Shown here: piece after piece, positions 38,109 through 49,221 of the stretch
Position numbering within the stretch: the stretch's first letter is position 1
Layout of the letters: each line of letters starts with the position of its first letter
NCBI GenBank assembly: GCA_965205335.1
Contig: OZ242164.1
Location: forward strand, 552,713 to 616,712
Direction: 5' to 3'
Length of the DNA stretch: 64,000 nucleotides
Source of the DNA: Candidatus Woesearchaeota archaeon
GTDB lineage: Archaea > Nanobdellota > Nanobdellia > Woesearchaeales > UBA583
Position numbers and translations under genes: made by a program
Notes under the pieces: model-generated
What the model was told of the DNA's origin: nothing
Databases searched by the model: none
The model's input: only the letters and a program-made list of their open reading frames with translations

Positions 38109-38300
38109 ATGATAATCCCAATAAGATGTTTTTCATGCGGTAAACCAGTAGGTCATTTATGGGAAGAATTTAAAACCCAAACTGAAAAAGGGAAACCAGT
38201 AAAAGAAGTTCTTGACTCTTTAGAATTAAAAAGATTCTGTTGCAGAACAGTTGTTATGTCCCATGTTGATTCAATAGATATTGTAGGAAAATACAAATAA
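38109..38300 (+). CDS. rpoN: DNA-directed RNA polymerase subunit N (Rpb10 homolog)
   Basis: MIIPIRCFSCGKPVGHLWEEF...LKRFCCRTVVMSHVD is canonical RpoN; TATA tttataaaa lies 18 nt upstream. Confidence 0.8.
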   Translation: MIIPIRCFSCGKPVGHLWEEFKTQTEKGKPVKEVLDSLELKRFCCRTVVMSHVDSIDIVGKYK

Positions 38301-38389
38301 TTCTCTATTTCTGCTTAATCCATACCCTACCTCTTAGTTTTTTATTATATCTTACAAAGTTTTATATTATTGTAATTTAAAATATTTTT

Positions 38390-39040
38390 ATGGAAGTGAA
38401 AATAATCCCAAGTGTATTTGCAACAAGCATTCAGACTTTTAATTCAAAACTTGAGAAACTAAAGTTTTCAAATGAAATTCACCTAGATTTCATGGATGGA
38501 AAATTCACGCCCAAAAAATCAGTTAAACTCTTAGATACGAATAAAATAAAGAACCACCCTAATATTAAGTTTGAAACTCATTTAATGGCATACAATCCAA
38601 TAAAATATAAAAATAAACTAAAAGACATGGGAGTTAAAAAAATTCTAATACATTTTGAGGTATTTAACAAAAGAGAAAATCTCATTCAAACATTAGATGA
38701 ATTCAAAAAAGAAAAATTTGAGGTATTTCTCGTATTAAACCCTAACACAAACATAGAGAGCATTCTAAACTATACAAGATTAATTGATGGTATAATGCTA
38801 ATGTCAGTAATCTCTGGTGCTGAAGGGCAGAACTTCATTGAGAAAACTTATAAGAGGATAGAATCTCTGAGAAAAAATGAGCCCAATGTAATAATTCAGA
38901 TAGATGGGGGAATAAAAGATACAAATATAGAGAAAATGGTTAAGAAAGGAGCGAATATCCTAACTATTGGTTCTTATATTTCATCCTCAGAAACTCCAGA
39001 AGATAATTTTAAAAAACTAAACCATTTAATAGGAAATTAG
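38390..39040 (+). CDS. rpe: Ribulose-phosphate 3-epimerase
   Basis: IIPSVFATS...HLDFMDGKFTP...IQIDGGIKDTN motifs. Confidence 0.7.
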   Translation: MEVKIIPSVFATSIQTFNSKLEKLKFSNEIHLDFMDGKFTPKKSVKLLDTNKIKNHPNIKFETHLMAYNPIKYKNKLKDMGVKKILIHFEVFNKRENLIQTLDEFKKEKFEVFLVLNPNTNIESILNYTRLIDGIMLMSVISGAEGQNFIEKTYKRIESLRKNEPNVIIQIDGGIKDTNIEKMVKKGANILTIGSYISSSETPEDNFKKLNHLIGN

Positions 39041-39137
39041 AATCCTAATTACTCTTTTATTAAAAAATGTTAGCAATTTTTTCACGACATTTTTTAAAAC
39101 ATAAATAATATTAATGAGTTTTAAGAGATATTTTTAG

Positions 39138-39416
39138 ATGGAACTTAACATACTGCATAATTATGAATTTAAAGACGTGCTTAACACATTCCCAGTATTA
39201 AAAGAAACATTGGATGAATTAGACATCAATTTAGAAGATATTCATGATGGTGAGACAATGGATAATTACTTTAGCAGAAAATCCCTATCACAAGAAGAGG
39301 TTGATGTTATTATCAGAAAAATGAATCGTAAACTGCAAACACATTTTCACAGAACTGATGAAAAAAGAGAACCCTCCTCGTTTGAAAAGCTCACAATAAG
39401 AGAAGAGGAGGAATAA
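39138..39416 (+). CDS. Hypothetical small acidic protein
   Basis: 92-aa ORF. Confidence 0.3.
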   Translation: MELNILHNYEFKDVLNTFPVLKETLDELDINLEDIHDGETMDNYFSRKSLSQEEVDVIIRKMNRKLQTHFHRTDEKREPSSFEKLTIREEEE

Positions 39417-39627
39417 TCTTCTCCTTAAATCCTAATATTTTTAAATCATGTATCCTTTCCACTTCTTACAACAACAAAGTTAAATGTAAAGGCGCCAAGT
39501 TTTGAAGTTATAACATATCATAATAAACCCACATAAGAAATATATAATTTAGAGAGAACAATCCAAAGCAAACTTATGTAACTCTTTTGAGATAATTACA
39601 AATTCTTTTTAATAAAAAAAGGACAAA

Positions 39628-40440
39628 ATGAGCATGACAGATTATAGAAACATAAAGAAAGCAATGAAAAAACTTGAAACTGATGGGAAATCTTTCTTTT
39701 TAGCATATGATCATGGTCTTGAACATGGGCCAAGTGATTTAAGTGATGATAATGAGAATCCACAAGATTTATTTTATTGGGCTGAGAAGGGGGAATTTGA
39801 TGGTTTCATCTGTCAGAAAGGAATTGCAGAAAAATATGGAGATTCTTATAAAACAAATATAATTCTTAAAGTTAATGGCAAGACAACTCTTGGCATAAAG
39901 GACGATCCTTATTCTCCTGTTATTTGTAGTGTGAAAAGAGCTGTCGAGTTAAACGCAAAATGTATTGGGTTTACTTTCTTCCCTGGCTCTTCATACCAGT
40001 CTAAGATGTACGAAGACTTTAGAAAGATTCAGGAAGATGCCCATGACTTTGGGCTTCCTGTTGCCGCTTGGATGTATCCAAGAGGTAAAGCAATTAAAAA
40101 CGATATGGATGGAGAACTTTTGGCTTACTGCGCAAGAATTGGGCTTGAGATAGGTGCTGATATGGTTAAGATGAAATACAACGGAAACAAAGATGATTTC
40201 GCAAAACAAGTTCAAACAGCAGGAAAAACTAAGGTTTTATTATCTGGAGGACCTAAACATAACTCAACAAAGGAGTTTTTACAAGATGTATGCGATGTTA
40301 CAAGTGTTGGGGCACATGGGCTTGCAATCGGGAGAAATATATGGCAACACGAAAAACCAATTGAATTAAGCAAAGCAGTCAGAGATGTTCAGATAAGAGG
40401 CAAAGACATTTACACAGCCCTTAAAAGATTAGAAAATTGA
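39628..40440 (+). CDS. Class I fructose-bisphosphate aldolase / DhnA-family aldolase (FBA or ADH synthase AroA')
   Basis: FLAYDHGLEHGP ... GADMVKMKY (Schiff-base Lys region) ... LSGGPK; about 270 aa is typical of the archaeal DhnA family. Confidence 0.6.
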   Translation: MSMTDYRNIKKAMKKLETDGKSFFLAYDHGLEHGPSDLSDDNENPQDLFYWAEKGEFDGFICQKGIAEKYGDSYKTNIILKVNGKTTLGIKDDPYSPVICSVKRAVELNAKCIGFTFFPGSSYQSKMYEDFRKIQEDAHDFGLPVAAWMYPRGKAIKNDMDGELLAYCARIGLEIGADMVKMKYNGNKDDFAKQVQTAGKTKVLLSGGPKHNSTKEFLQDVCDVTSVGAHGLAIGRNIWQHEKPIELSKAVRDVQIRGKDIYTALKRLEN

Positions 40441-40469
40441 CTATATACAATCTCTCTTGTATTAAATTC

Positions 40470-41008
40470 CTAAAAAAAAATATTCCATAAAGTATCATAA
40501 TTATAAATAACAATAAAAGTAATAATATACCACAAAAGAACCACCCCAATTAATGGTAAATAATCTGTCTCAAACTCCTCTTTAAACACATAAAGAGAAG
40601 TAAACATCTGCTTAAGCGAGTAATAACCAATAACAAATGATGCTAAAAGAGAAATACTATATACTAATAAAAGAGGAACTAAAGAAGATGAGGCAAGAGT
40701 ATATCCTATAGCTAAAGTAGTTAATCCCATATAAATTAAACTAAATAACACTATTCCAATATAAACAGGCAAATGCAAATAAGTTAGTACTATATAAAAT
40801 TGCGTTGCAGATAGATCTGTTTTAAAAAAGATTTTTGTATAATAATACCCTACAAAATAATGAAAAATAGAAATCCAACCAACCAAGAAGATAGTGAAAT
40901 CAAAAAAGTAAAATAAGGATTACCTGTAATTGCTAGGAGAATTGGTACTGTGAGGATCAAAGTTGGTACTGAACTTACTAATCCTAAAAGCACATGAATA
41001 AGAAGCAT
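40470..41008 (-). CDS. Hypothetical multi-TM membrane protein
   Basis: The track ORF (TTG start) extends in frame to ATG at 41006-41008: MLLIHVLLGLVSSVPTLILTVPILLAITG... Confidence 0.4.
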
Positions 41009-41260
41009 ATATTTCCATTTAAGTTTAGAAGACTTTTCTACAAACTTAGAAATCTTCTCATCATCTTTCTTCCAACTATAATATCTTATGAATCAAAATA
41101 ATTAACCATTATAATAACTTGATTTCTACGAATATATATATGCATTAACCAGAAAGTAATCATTTGTACAAAATTCTAATAGTAATATAACATAAAACTT
41201 TATTACTAGACCTAAAAAACCAAAACATTAAGCACAATCAAAAGTAATAATTTGTTACAA

Positions 41261-43435
41261 TTACTGATTTTCGCTTAAACCTTTCCTATCTCTTATTTGC
41301 TTGATAATATTATCCTGCAATTCTGTTGGCAGTCTCTCAAACTCTTGATATTTCACAAAAAATGAGCCCTTCCCATCTGTTGATGACCTTAAATCCCCTG
41401 TCATACCAAATGTTTCTGCCACCGGAACTTTCGCAATAACTGATAAATTATCCTCATCCATAATCATATCCTGAACCTGTCCACGCCTATTATTAATAAC
41501 TGCTGTTACATTACCCATCATATCCTGAGGACAATCAATCTGTATAGTCTGTATTGGTTCAAACAAAGAAGGACCCGCCCCCAATATCGCTTGTTTTAAC
41601 CCATCACGAATTGCTGGGTACACCTGCCCTGGTCCCCTGTGAATTGCATCCTCATGAAGAGTTACATCAGTTAATTTAACCTTAAAATTAATACATGTTT
41701 CCCTTGCCATAGGACCTGCATTCATAACCTGTACAAACCCCTCAAGCACAAGTTCAATCACTTCATTTAGAGCAACTATACCCCTTGTCATATCAACAAA
41801 AACATTACCTTTATAGATTTGCTTAACTCTCTCAGCCTCATCTTTTGGAAGTCCTTTCTCATGTAACAAATCCCATAACTCTCTGTCCTTCTTCTTAATC
41901 ACACCCAGAGGAACTTCCTGATTTGCAAGTGCCTTTGAAAAAGACTCCTCAAGAGGTTCAATTGTCATATAGAACTTATTATGCTTATTTGGAGACTTTC
42001 CCTCAACCTCAGGAGATAACTTTGTAACTGCTTCCCTATACACAACAATTGGAGGAGAAACTTTAATCTGCATACCTTTCTCATCTCTAATTCTGTTCGT
42101 TACAACCTCAAGATGCAACTCTCCCATTCCTGCAATAAGAAACTCCCCTGTCTCCTCATTAATCTTTACCTTTAACGATGGGTCTTCCTTACCTACAACC
42201 TTAAGAACTTCAAGAAGCTTAGGCAAATCAGCAGGTTTTGTGGGTTCAACTGCAACAGTTACAACAGGTTCAAATATGTGCTGTATGTCCTCAAACGGTG
42301 TAATTCCATTAACTGAAATTGTCTCACCAACATATATATCTCTAATCCCGGTAATTCCTATAATATTTCCAGCTACTGCTTTTTCAATCTGAATTCTCGC
42401 AGAGCCCTTTGAAATAAATACCTGTTGAACTCTCCCCTTCTGTCCACCAGATGTTACAACCTCTACACCCTTGCTAACCGTCCCCGAAAACATACGCCCT
42501 GTACACACCTCTCCTGCATGTTTATCCTGAGTAATCTTCGTTACAACAAACGCTAACTCTCCATTAGGATTACACTCAGCAAGATCCCTTCCTTCGTTTG
42601 ACTCTGCATCTCCAGGCCAAATTAACGGAATTCTGTACTTTTGGGCATCAATCGGATTTGGTAAATGATCAACCACTGAATTTAATAAAACCTCATGTAA
42701 CGGGGCTTCCTTTGCTAACTTTTTAATCTCTTCTCCATCATCTTCTTTCTCATAAGCCTCTATTACTTTGCTAAAAGTAACCCCTTTCCTCTTCATATAA
42801 GGAACTGACAGAGCCCAATTTGAATAAGCCGAACCAAAACACACCGAACCATCAGACACATTAACCTGCCACTTGATCTTAAACTCAGGAGGAGCAATCT
42901 TTTTTATCAGAACATTCAATTCATTAATAATCTTAATAAACCTCTCCTGCATCATCTCAGGGGTTAATTTCAACTCCTTAATCAACCTGTCAGCCTTATT
43001 AATAAAAAGAATAGGTTTAACCTTCTCTTTTAGAGACTGCCTTAAAACAGTTTCGGTCTGAGGCATAATCCCCTCAACGGCACATGACAAAACCACCGCG
43101 CCATCTACTGCTCTCATAGCTCTTGTTACATCCCCTCCAAAATCCACATGCCCAGGGGTATCTATAAGATTAATTAGAAAATCTGTTCCTTCCACCTCAT
43201 GAATCATTGAAACATTAGCAGCATCAATAGTAATTCCTCTCTGAGCCTCATCCTCATGAAAGTCCATAAACCTCTGCTTCCCAGCAAGCTCTTCACTTAT
43301 CATCCCTGCACCTGACAATAAATTATCAGAAAGAGTTGTTTTTCCGTGATCAATATGAGCAGCAATTGCAATATTTCTAATCAAAGTAGGTCTTCTCATT
43401 GCCTCAACTACTGCCTGTCCTAAATCCTTTGCCAT
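41261..43435 (-). CDS. fusA: Translation elongation factor aEF-2
   Basis: RNIAIAAHIDHGKTTLSDNLL G-domain; DTPGHVDF; diphthamide-site loop HEDAIHRGPGQV; 724 aa. Confidence 0.9.
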   Translation of the reverse strand: MAKDLGQAVVEAMRRPTLIRNIAIAAHIDHGKTTLSDNLLSGAGMISEELAGKQRFMDFHEDEAQRGITIDAANVSMIHEVEGTDFLINLIDTPGHVDFGGDVTRAMRAVDGAVVLSCAVEGIMPQTETVLRQSLKEKVKPILFINKADRLIKELKLTPEMMQERFIKIINELNVLIKKIAPPEFKIKWQVNVSDGSVCFGSAYSNWALSVPYMKRKGVTFSKVIEAYEKEDDGEEIKKLAKEAPLHEVLLNSVVDHLPNPIDAQKYRIPLIWPGDAESNEGRDLAECNPNGELAFVVTKITQDKHAGEVCTGRMFSGTVSKGVEVVTSGGQKGRVQQVFISKGSARIQIEKAVAGNIIGITGIRDIYVGETISVNGITPFEDIQHIFEPVVTVAVEPTKPADLPKLLEVLKVVGKEDPSLKVKINEETGEFLIAGMGELHLEVVTNRIRDEKGMQIKVSPPIVVYREAVTKLSPEVEGKSPNKHNKFYMTIEPLEESFSKALANQEVPLGVIKKKDRELWDLLHEKGLPKDEAERVKQIYKGNVFVDMTRGIVALNEVIELVLEGFVQVMNAGPMARETCINFKVKLTDVTLHEDAIHRGPGQVYPAIRDGLKQAILGAGPSLFEPIQTIQIDCPQDMMGNVTAVINNRRGQVQDMIMDEDNLSVIAKVPVAETFGMTGDLRSSTDGKGSFFVKYQEFERLPTELQDNIIKQIRDRKGLSENQ

Positions 43436-43560
43436 TTTTTATCTAATATACTCTAAAAGAACTATAATACCTTTATAAAAGTTTTTAGTATTCAAAAGAG
43501 TTAAAACAATTCGCAAACAAAATTAAAACAGAATAAACAAATGAAAATCCTATAAAAATA

Positions 43561-43633
43561 TAGTCCCGCCCAGATTCGAACTGGGGTCTGCAGATCCAGA
43601 GTCCACAATGATAGTCCACTACACTACGGGACT
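43561..43633 (-). tRNA. tRNA-Gln (anticodon CTG), with an unusual D-arm
   Basis: Minus strand AGTCCCG...CGGGACT acceptor with discriminator A, T-arm CCCAG-TTCGAAT-CTGGG, anticodon stem GUGGA/UCUGC with loop CUCUGGA. Overall similarity to archaeal tRNA-Gln (UAGUGUAGUGG..UAUCAU). Followed by oligo-T. Confidence 0.7.
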
Positions 43634-43780
43634 GCAACAAATAAATCAAGTCAATTAGGTTTTATAAATTTTATTTCCATCATCCTCTCAATCATAACCC
43701 AGTCAGCACAAAAAAACACTCAAAAACTTAAAAAATCCTACGCCAATAACATATAACACTCAGCAAGAACCAATTAAACC

Positions 43781-45775
43781 CTAAAAATAAATTTCCTTCT
43801 TCTCTCTCTCTTCTGTAATCCTTTGAATGAACTCCTTTAAAGTTGTAGTAAACTCTTCATTCTTACCATTTTCAAACTTGCGGGTTCTAACTGAGATTGT
43901 TTTATTCTTCTCATCCTTATCTCCAATAATTAAAGTATAATTTGGCTTCTCCTCATCACGAGACATTGCAATCTTTTTGCTAACCCCTTCATTCTCATAC
44001 CCGCTTGAAACCCTAAAATCCAACTTCTCAAGTTCCGATTTAATCTTCTCACAATACTTAACATGCCTGTCTGCAACATTTATAATCTTAATCTGAGTTG
44101 GGGACAACCACAAAGGAAACTTGCCTGCAAAATGCTCAATCAGAACTCCAATGCTTCTCTCAAGACTTCCTGCAATTGCCCTGTGTATTACAATAGGTCT
44201 TTGCTTCTTTGCATCCTCATCAATATAAAACAACTCAAACTTATCAGGAAGATTAAAATCTAATTGAATAGTAGACAACTGATGCTCTCTCCCGATAGCA
44301 TCCTTAAACATAAAATCCAATTTAGGCCCATAAAATGCCGCCTCACCTTCAACTTTTTTGTAATCAACTCCAAGTTCCTTTGCAATCTCTTCTAAAACAC
44401 TCTCTGCAATATCCCAGACATCATCAGAACCCACATAATCCTTCTTATTTCCTTTATCTCTAACTGACAGACTTACCCAGTAATCCTCTGCCATCCCCAT
44501 AACTTCATAGAACTCTTTAATTATTTCAACAATTACCTCAACCTCTTTTTTTATCTGATCTTTTCTGCAAAACAAATGCCCATCATCCTGCGTAACTGCC
44601 CTGACTCTCGTTAAACCGCTAAGAGTCCCGGACAACTCATCCCTGTAAACCGTTGCAGGTTCAAAATACCTAACAGGCATATCCTTATACGAAAAATAAT
44701 TATCCGCAAAAATCTGCATATGATGAGGACAATTCATGGGCTTTAGCATAAACTCCTCTTTGTCCTTTCCCATTGCCTTAAAATTCTCTTTATAATGTTC
44801 ATAATGTCCCGACTGCTTATACAACTCGGACTTTGCAATATGAGGTGTCCACACTCTTGTATACCCTCTCTTTTTATGCAAACTCCAGAGAAAATCTTCA
44901 ATCTCCTTTCTTAAAACAGTTCCTTTCGGTCCAAATAACGGCAATCCCGCTCCAACCATTTCCGAAATTGTAAATAACTTCATCCTTGAGCCTAAAATCC
45001 TATGATCTCTCTTCTTAGCTTCCTCTAACATCTCAAAATACTCATCCATTTGAGACTTCTTCCAAAAAGCAGTTCCATACACCCTAAACAACTGCTTATT
45101 CTTTGAATCCGCTCTCCAGTATGCTCTTGTTATCTTCTCTAACTTAAACGCCTTGACTAATCCAGTTCTTGGAAGATGCGGACCTGTGCAAATATCTTCA
45201 AACTCTCCTTGCTTATAGAACTTAAACTTACCACTTCGAATTGAACCTTCCTTCTTCTCCTCATCACTAAGACTTCCAGAAGCGATAGAATCAATTATCT
45301 CCTGCTTATATTGATTATTATAAAAATGCTTTTTGGCTTCATCAAGAGACTTATAATTTACTGTAATCTCTAAATCTTCATATATTATTTTTTGCATTTC
45401 CTTCTCTATTGCTTCAAGTTTATCCTCTGTTAAATCATCATAATCAACATCATAATAAAATCCATTATCTATTGACGGTCCTATTGTGATTTTTGCTTCT
45501 GGGAATAACCTCAAGACTGCTTGAGCAAATACATGAGCAGTCGTATGTCTTAATATCTCAACAGACTCTTCACTTTTTGGAGTAATTACTTCAACCTTAG
45601 AACCCTTCGTAATTACTTGGGTCAAATCAGAAAGTTCGCCATTTATCTTTATAGCAACAGCACTCTTCAAAAGTCCTTGCGATATGGATTTTGCAATCTC
45701 CAAGCCATTTGTTTCCTTCTCAAACTCTCTTATGCTCCCATCTGGCAAAGTAATCTCTATCATAGTACTATCCAA
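43781..45775 (-). CDS. thrS: Threonyl-tRNA synthetase
   Basis: N-terminal TGS domain, class II core (RDHRILG, FRNE-like YRDELSG, GLTRVRAV), C-terminal anticodon-binding domain. Confidence 0.9.
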   Translation of the reverse strand: MDSTMIEITLPDGSIREFEKETNGLEIAKSISQGLLKSAVAIKINGELSDLTQVITKGSKVEVITPKSEESVEILRHTTAHVFAQAVLRLFPEAKITIGPSIDNGFYYDVDYDDLTEDKLEAIEKEMQKIIYEDLEITVNYKSLDEAKKHFYNNQYKQEIIDSIASGSLSDEEKKEGSIRSGKFKFYKQGEFEDICTGPHLPRTGLVKAFKLEKITRAYWRADSKNKQLFRVYGTAFWKKSQMDEYFEMLEEAKKRDHRILGSRMKLFTISEMVGAGLPLFGPKGTVLRKEIEDFLWSLHKKRGYTRVWTPHIAKSELYKQSGHYEHYKENFKAMGKDKEEFMLKPMNCPHHMQIFADNYFSYKDMPVRYFEPATVYRDELSGTLSGLTRVRAVTQDDGHLFCRKDQIKKEVEVIVEIIKEFYEVMGMAEDYWVSLSVRDKGNKKDYVGSDDVWDIAESVLEEIAKELGVDYKKVEGEAAFYGPKLDFMFKDAIGREHQLSTIQLDFNLPDKFELFYIDEDAKKQRPIVIHRAIAGSLERSIGVLIEHFAGKFPLWLSPTQIKIINVADRHVKYCEKIKSELEKLDFRVSSGYENEGVSKKIAMSRDEEKPNYTLIIGDKDEKNKTISVRTRKFENGKNEEFTTTLKEFIQRITEEREKKEIYF

Positions 45776-45958
45776 ACCTTATACTTTATAAATATTATCT
45801 CTTGGATTCTCTTTAAATTAAGTTTTCATGCAAAAATATCTTGCAAAATAATAGAATATCCTGCTTAGTTCAAACTTTAAAAAAGCCAAAAATTCAAAAA
45901 TATCCTTACACCTTAATAATACCAAATTTATTTAAAGCATTAAATCAAGTCTTAGATA

Positions 45959-46420
45959 ATGTTTAATAATAAAAAAGGCTCTCTTCCAGTACTTGAACTT
46001 ATATTCATACTTCTTCTATCTACAATAATATTAGTTTTATGGGTATTAGTTCTTCTAAATGCCCAGAATTTCTATATCGATGAAAGAAAAATTCAAACTC
46101 AATTAGTAATAAATAATATACTCTCAAATGATTGTTTTGGTAATGGTTACGCGGTATTTAATCTTGATGAATTCACTCAGAATTCTCTTGATACCTGTTT
46201 AAGCGGACTTAATGACTCATCAGCATTAGTTAGAATAAAATTAGAGTCAAAAAGGTTTGTCGCATTCAAAAGAGATAAAGATTTCCAAGAAAAAGCAGTT
46301 TTGTGTACAAGATCCAGTTCTATACTCTGCACTGAAATGAGGTATCCTGTAAGAATACTGTCTCAAAACAACGAAGAAATGGATATATTAACTCTTCAAA
46401 GTATAGCCACTGTATCATAA
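45959..46420 (+). CDS. Hypothetical protein with N-terminal signal/TM (possibly pilin-like)
   Basis: KKGSLPVLELIFILLLSTIILVLWVLVLL. Confidence 0.35.
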   Translation: MFNNKKGSLPVLELIFILLLSTIILVLWVLVLLNAQNFYIDERKIQTQLVINNILSNDCFGNGYAVFNLDEFTQNSLDTCLSGLNDSSALVRIKLESKRFVAFKRDKDFQEKAVLCTRSSSILCTEMRYPVRILSQNNEEMDILTLQSIATVS

Positions 46421-46618
46421 TCATTCACATTTATCACTTTTTAATTATAAGACAAAACTTTATAAATATGTAGGTTTCCTCTTTAGTATCAATTAAGTAG
46501 TTAATTGAAGTCCTTTTAACTGGATACTAAATAGTTTGTATTATTTCACGGTCAAAACTATTGGTAAGTTTTATAAATAAGGGAGTATTAATAATACTAT
46601 TAATAAGTATGATAAAAA

Positions 46619-47416
46619 ATGATTGTTAAGGAAGAATTTCTAAATATGCTAAGGCAGTATTTTAGTCTAAATCTTTATGAAGTTAAGATTTGGACTGCCC
46701 TTTTATCACGAAAAGTAGCAACTGCTGGCGAACTAAGTGACTTAGCTGTAGTACCTAGATCAAGAACATATGATGTTTTGGAATCTCTTGAGAAGAAAGG
46801 ATTTGTAATGGTTAAGTTAGGCAAACCAATTAAATACATTGCCATATCTCCAGCCGATGTTATCGACAGAGTAAAGAAAAGATTTACAGAAAAGTCTAAA
46901 GAGAAATTGGATAAGTTAGAGGCCTTAAGGGATTCTGACGTTTTAAAGGATTTAGAGCAATTACATGAACAAGGAATTCAATTAGTTGAACCCTCTGATT
47001 TAAGTGGTGCTCTAAAAGGAAGATATAACCTATACAATCATTTAGAAGCAATGGTTAAGTCAGCTGAATCTGAAGTAATCATAATGACTACTTCAACTGG
47101 ATTTCTAAGAAAGGTTGAAGCTCTTAGAGGAGTATTTGAAGAATTACAAGACAGAGGAGTTTCCATTAAGATTGCATGCCCTAAAACTGATAAAACAAAA
47201 GATTTAAGCAGTACCCTAAAAGACTTAGCAGAAGTAAGGTTCACAAATGAAATTGAAGCAAGATTCTGCATCATTGATGGAGAAGAAGTATTATTTATGA
47301 CACTTCATGACAAAGATATTTACCCAGCATATGACATTGGAGTATGGGTTAACACACCATTTTTCGCCCAGGCTCTTCAGCAATTATTTGAAATCGCTTG
47401 GAAAGAGATGAAATAA
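46619..47416 (+). CDS. TrmB-family transcriptional regulator
   Basis: N-terminal wHTH LYEVKIWTALLSRKVATAGELSDLAVVPRSRTYDVLESLEKKGFV plus a C-terminal sensor-like domain. Confidence 0.65.
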   Translation: MIVKEEFLNMLRQYFSLNLYEVKIWTALLSRKVATAGELSDLAVVPRSRTYDVLESLEKKGFVMVKLGKPIKYIAISPADVIDRVKKRFTEKSKEKLDKLEALRDSDVLKDLEQLHEQGIQLVEPSDLSGALKGRYNLYNHLEAMVKSAESEVIIMTTSTGFLRKVEALRGVFEELQDRGVSIKIACPKTDKTKDLSSTLKDLAEVRFTNEIEARFCIIDGEEVLFMTLHDKDIYPAYDIGVWVNTPFFAQALQQLFEIAWKEMK

Positions 47417-47566
47417 TTCCTTAATTCTCATATATTATTATACTAAATAAATATTAACTCATTCTAATTAGAACAAAAAACTTCACACATTTCTCACACC
47501 AAACAAATCATACAGTAGATTTTATAAATTAATTATAGTTAATTTTAATTATTTCTCATATTTCAA

Positions 47567-47640
47567 GCCGATTTAGCTCAGCTGGTTAGAGTGCCAGACT
47601 CATAATCTGGAGGTCCCGTGTTCAAGTCATGGAATCGGCA
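47567..47640 (+). tRNA. tRNA-Met (anticodon CAT; elongator type or Ile2 candidate)
   Basis: GCCGATT acceptor, D-arm GCTCAGCTGGTTAGAGT, anticodon stem CCAGA/TCTGG with loop CTCATAA, T-arm CCGTG-TTCAAGT-CATGG, discriminator A. Confidence 0.85.
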
Positions 47641-47794
47641 TTTAAGATTTCAGTAATACCATAATTTGAAACCCTAAACCCTCTTTCAACAACTCTCTTA
47701 ATCAAGATATGCATATACGAAAAATCAAACCTACTTAATCTCACTGAAACTTCTAAACACAAAATTTATAATATATCATTAATGCTCCATAACT

Positions 47795-48259
47795 ATGGCT
47801 GAAAAAATTACAGCAAGATTTGTAATACAAATTGCAGGAAAACCTGTTGAAAATGTATCAAAAGTACTTGAAAAAATTGAAGAGAGTATAAAAGAAGATG
47901 AAAGATTTAAAGTTCTTGATTCAGAAATAATTGAACCAGAATTAGATAAAGAAACAACAATGTATTCAGGACTAATTGAATTGGGAATTAAATTTGAAAA
48001 TAGTGAAAAACTAATGGAATTCATTGTAGACTACACACCAAATTCAGTTGAAATTGAAGACCCAAGCACTCTTAAATTTGATTCTGTTTCATTTACCGCA
48101 ATTCTAAACGATATGAGTTCTCATCTATTAAGAAACAGTATTAATCTCAGACAGGCATTAATTAGAATCCAAATACTTGAAAAAGAACTAAGAGAATTAC
48201 AGGAAAAATCTAAAAAAGAACCAACTTCTAAACCTAAAAATTCCAAAAAGAAAAAATAA
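47795..48259 (+). CDS. Hypothetical protein
   Basis: 154-aa ORF with Lys-rich C-terminus. Confidence 0.35.
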   Translation: MAEKITARFVIQIAGKPVENVSKVLEKIEESIKEDERFKVLDSEIIEPELDKETTMYSGLIELGIKFENSEKLMEFIVDYTPNSVEIEDPSTLKFDSVSFTAILNDMSSHLLRNSINLRQALIRIQILEKELRELQEKSKKEPTSKPKNSKKKK

Positions 48260-48351
48260 GCCTAATGCTTCCTCTATTTATTCAGAATTTCACCACTGTT
48301 TAAACACAAAAACCTAAGTTTTATAAATACAATATAATTCACTATTATAAT

Positions 48352-48765
48352 ATGCGAGAAATTGCTAAAGCTGACAAGAAATCAAACAAGTTACTATCAC
48401 AAATCAGAAAAAACATAACTCATTTGATAGAACTAAACGACTCAAATCACAAAGACGCAAAAAAACTTAAGGAAGTTATAGATGAAATTCACTATGGATT
48501 AAATAAATATGAATCAACTGAAGAAGACAAAAATAACCAAACCCTGCCAGATGAATCTTTCAAAAAGCACAAAGAAGAAAAAAATTTGAAGTCAAATATA
48601 GACTTAAAAAATCTAATGACACAAAGCAAAACTGAAATGGATAATGTGAGAGAATCCCAAAAAGAAGAACTAAAATATTTAGATGTGCCAAGCAAAATTG
48701 TAGTAAAAAGAATATCAAGAAGAAGATCTTTTTCAGGGTGGCTGTTTAATAATATGGACATATAA
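48352..48765 (+). CDS. Hypothetical protein
   Basis: 137-aa ORF. Confidence 0.3.
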   Translation: MREIAKADKKSNKLLSQIRKNITHLIELNDSNHKDAKKLKEVIDEIHYGLNKYESTEEDKNNQTLPDESFKKHKEEKNLKSNIDLKNLMTQSKTEMDNVRESQKEELKYLDVPSKIVVKRISRRRSFSGWLFNNMDI

Positions 48766-48770
48766 GAAAA

Positions 48771-49196
48771 ATGATGATAGGTAAACTAATAACACTAAAC
48801 ATATTGGGGCTTTTAGCAATGCTAAATACTTTCTATACTTTCTTTAATAATGGAATTCTTCCTTTCTCACTAAGTAACGATTATTTTTCACATATAGCTC
48901 AAGGTGGTTTTTTAATCCTTCTTATATGGCTTTTAATACTAATATCCACTCTAAATTCTGCAGCAAATAGAGCATTACATAAAAAAAACATGCTTAGAGT
49001 TCCATTAGTATTTTTTGTAGTATTATTACTAATTAGTATCTCCTTAAGAATTAACGAAGCGTTAAACGGAACTTACTGTATACCATGCTATATCCAGACA
49101 GTATTATACTTACTTATTATAATTGTTTTATATCTAATGCTAAAAAACCTGCATATAACTATAGATACATTACTTAGCGAAAAAAAACAAGTTTAA
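48771..49196 (+). CDS. Hypothetical membrane protein (4 TM)
   Basis: Hydrophobic helices throughout. Confidence 0.35.
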   Translation: MMIGKLITLNILGLLAMLNTFYTFFNNGILPFSLSNDYFSHIAQGGFLILLIWLLILISTLNSAANRALHKKNMLRVPLVFFVVLLLISISLRINEALNGTYCIPCYIQTVLYLLIIIVLYLMLKNLHITIDTLLSEKKQV

Positions 49197-49221
49197 TAAG
49201 TAAACAGTTTCTTTAAATTTT

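Noticed and set aside
43561-43635. Alternative plus-strand reading of the tRNA (palindromic acceptor AGTCCCG/CGGGACT)
   Set aside because: Only the minus strand gives a proper T-loop (TTCGAAT) and an anticodon loop with U33. The plus-strand reading gives ATTCGAA.
41261-45775. Antisense ORFs inside aEF-2 and thrS (42873-43061, 44063-44263)
   Set aside because: They are short and embedded opposite highly conserved coding sequence.
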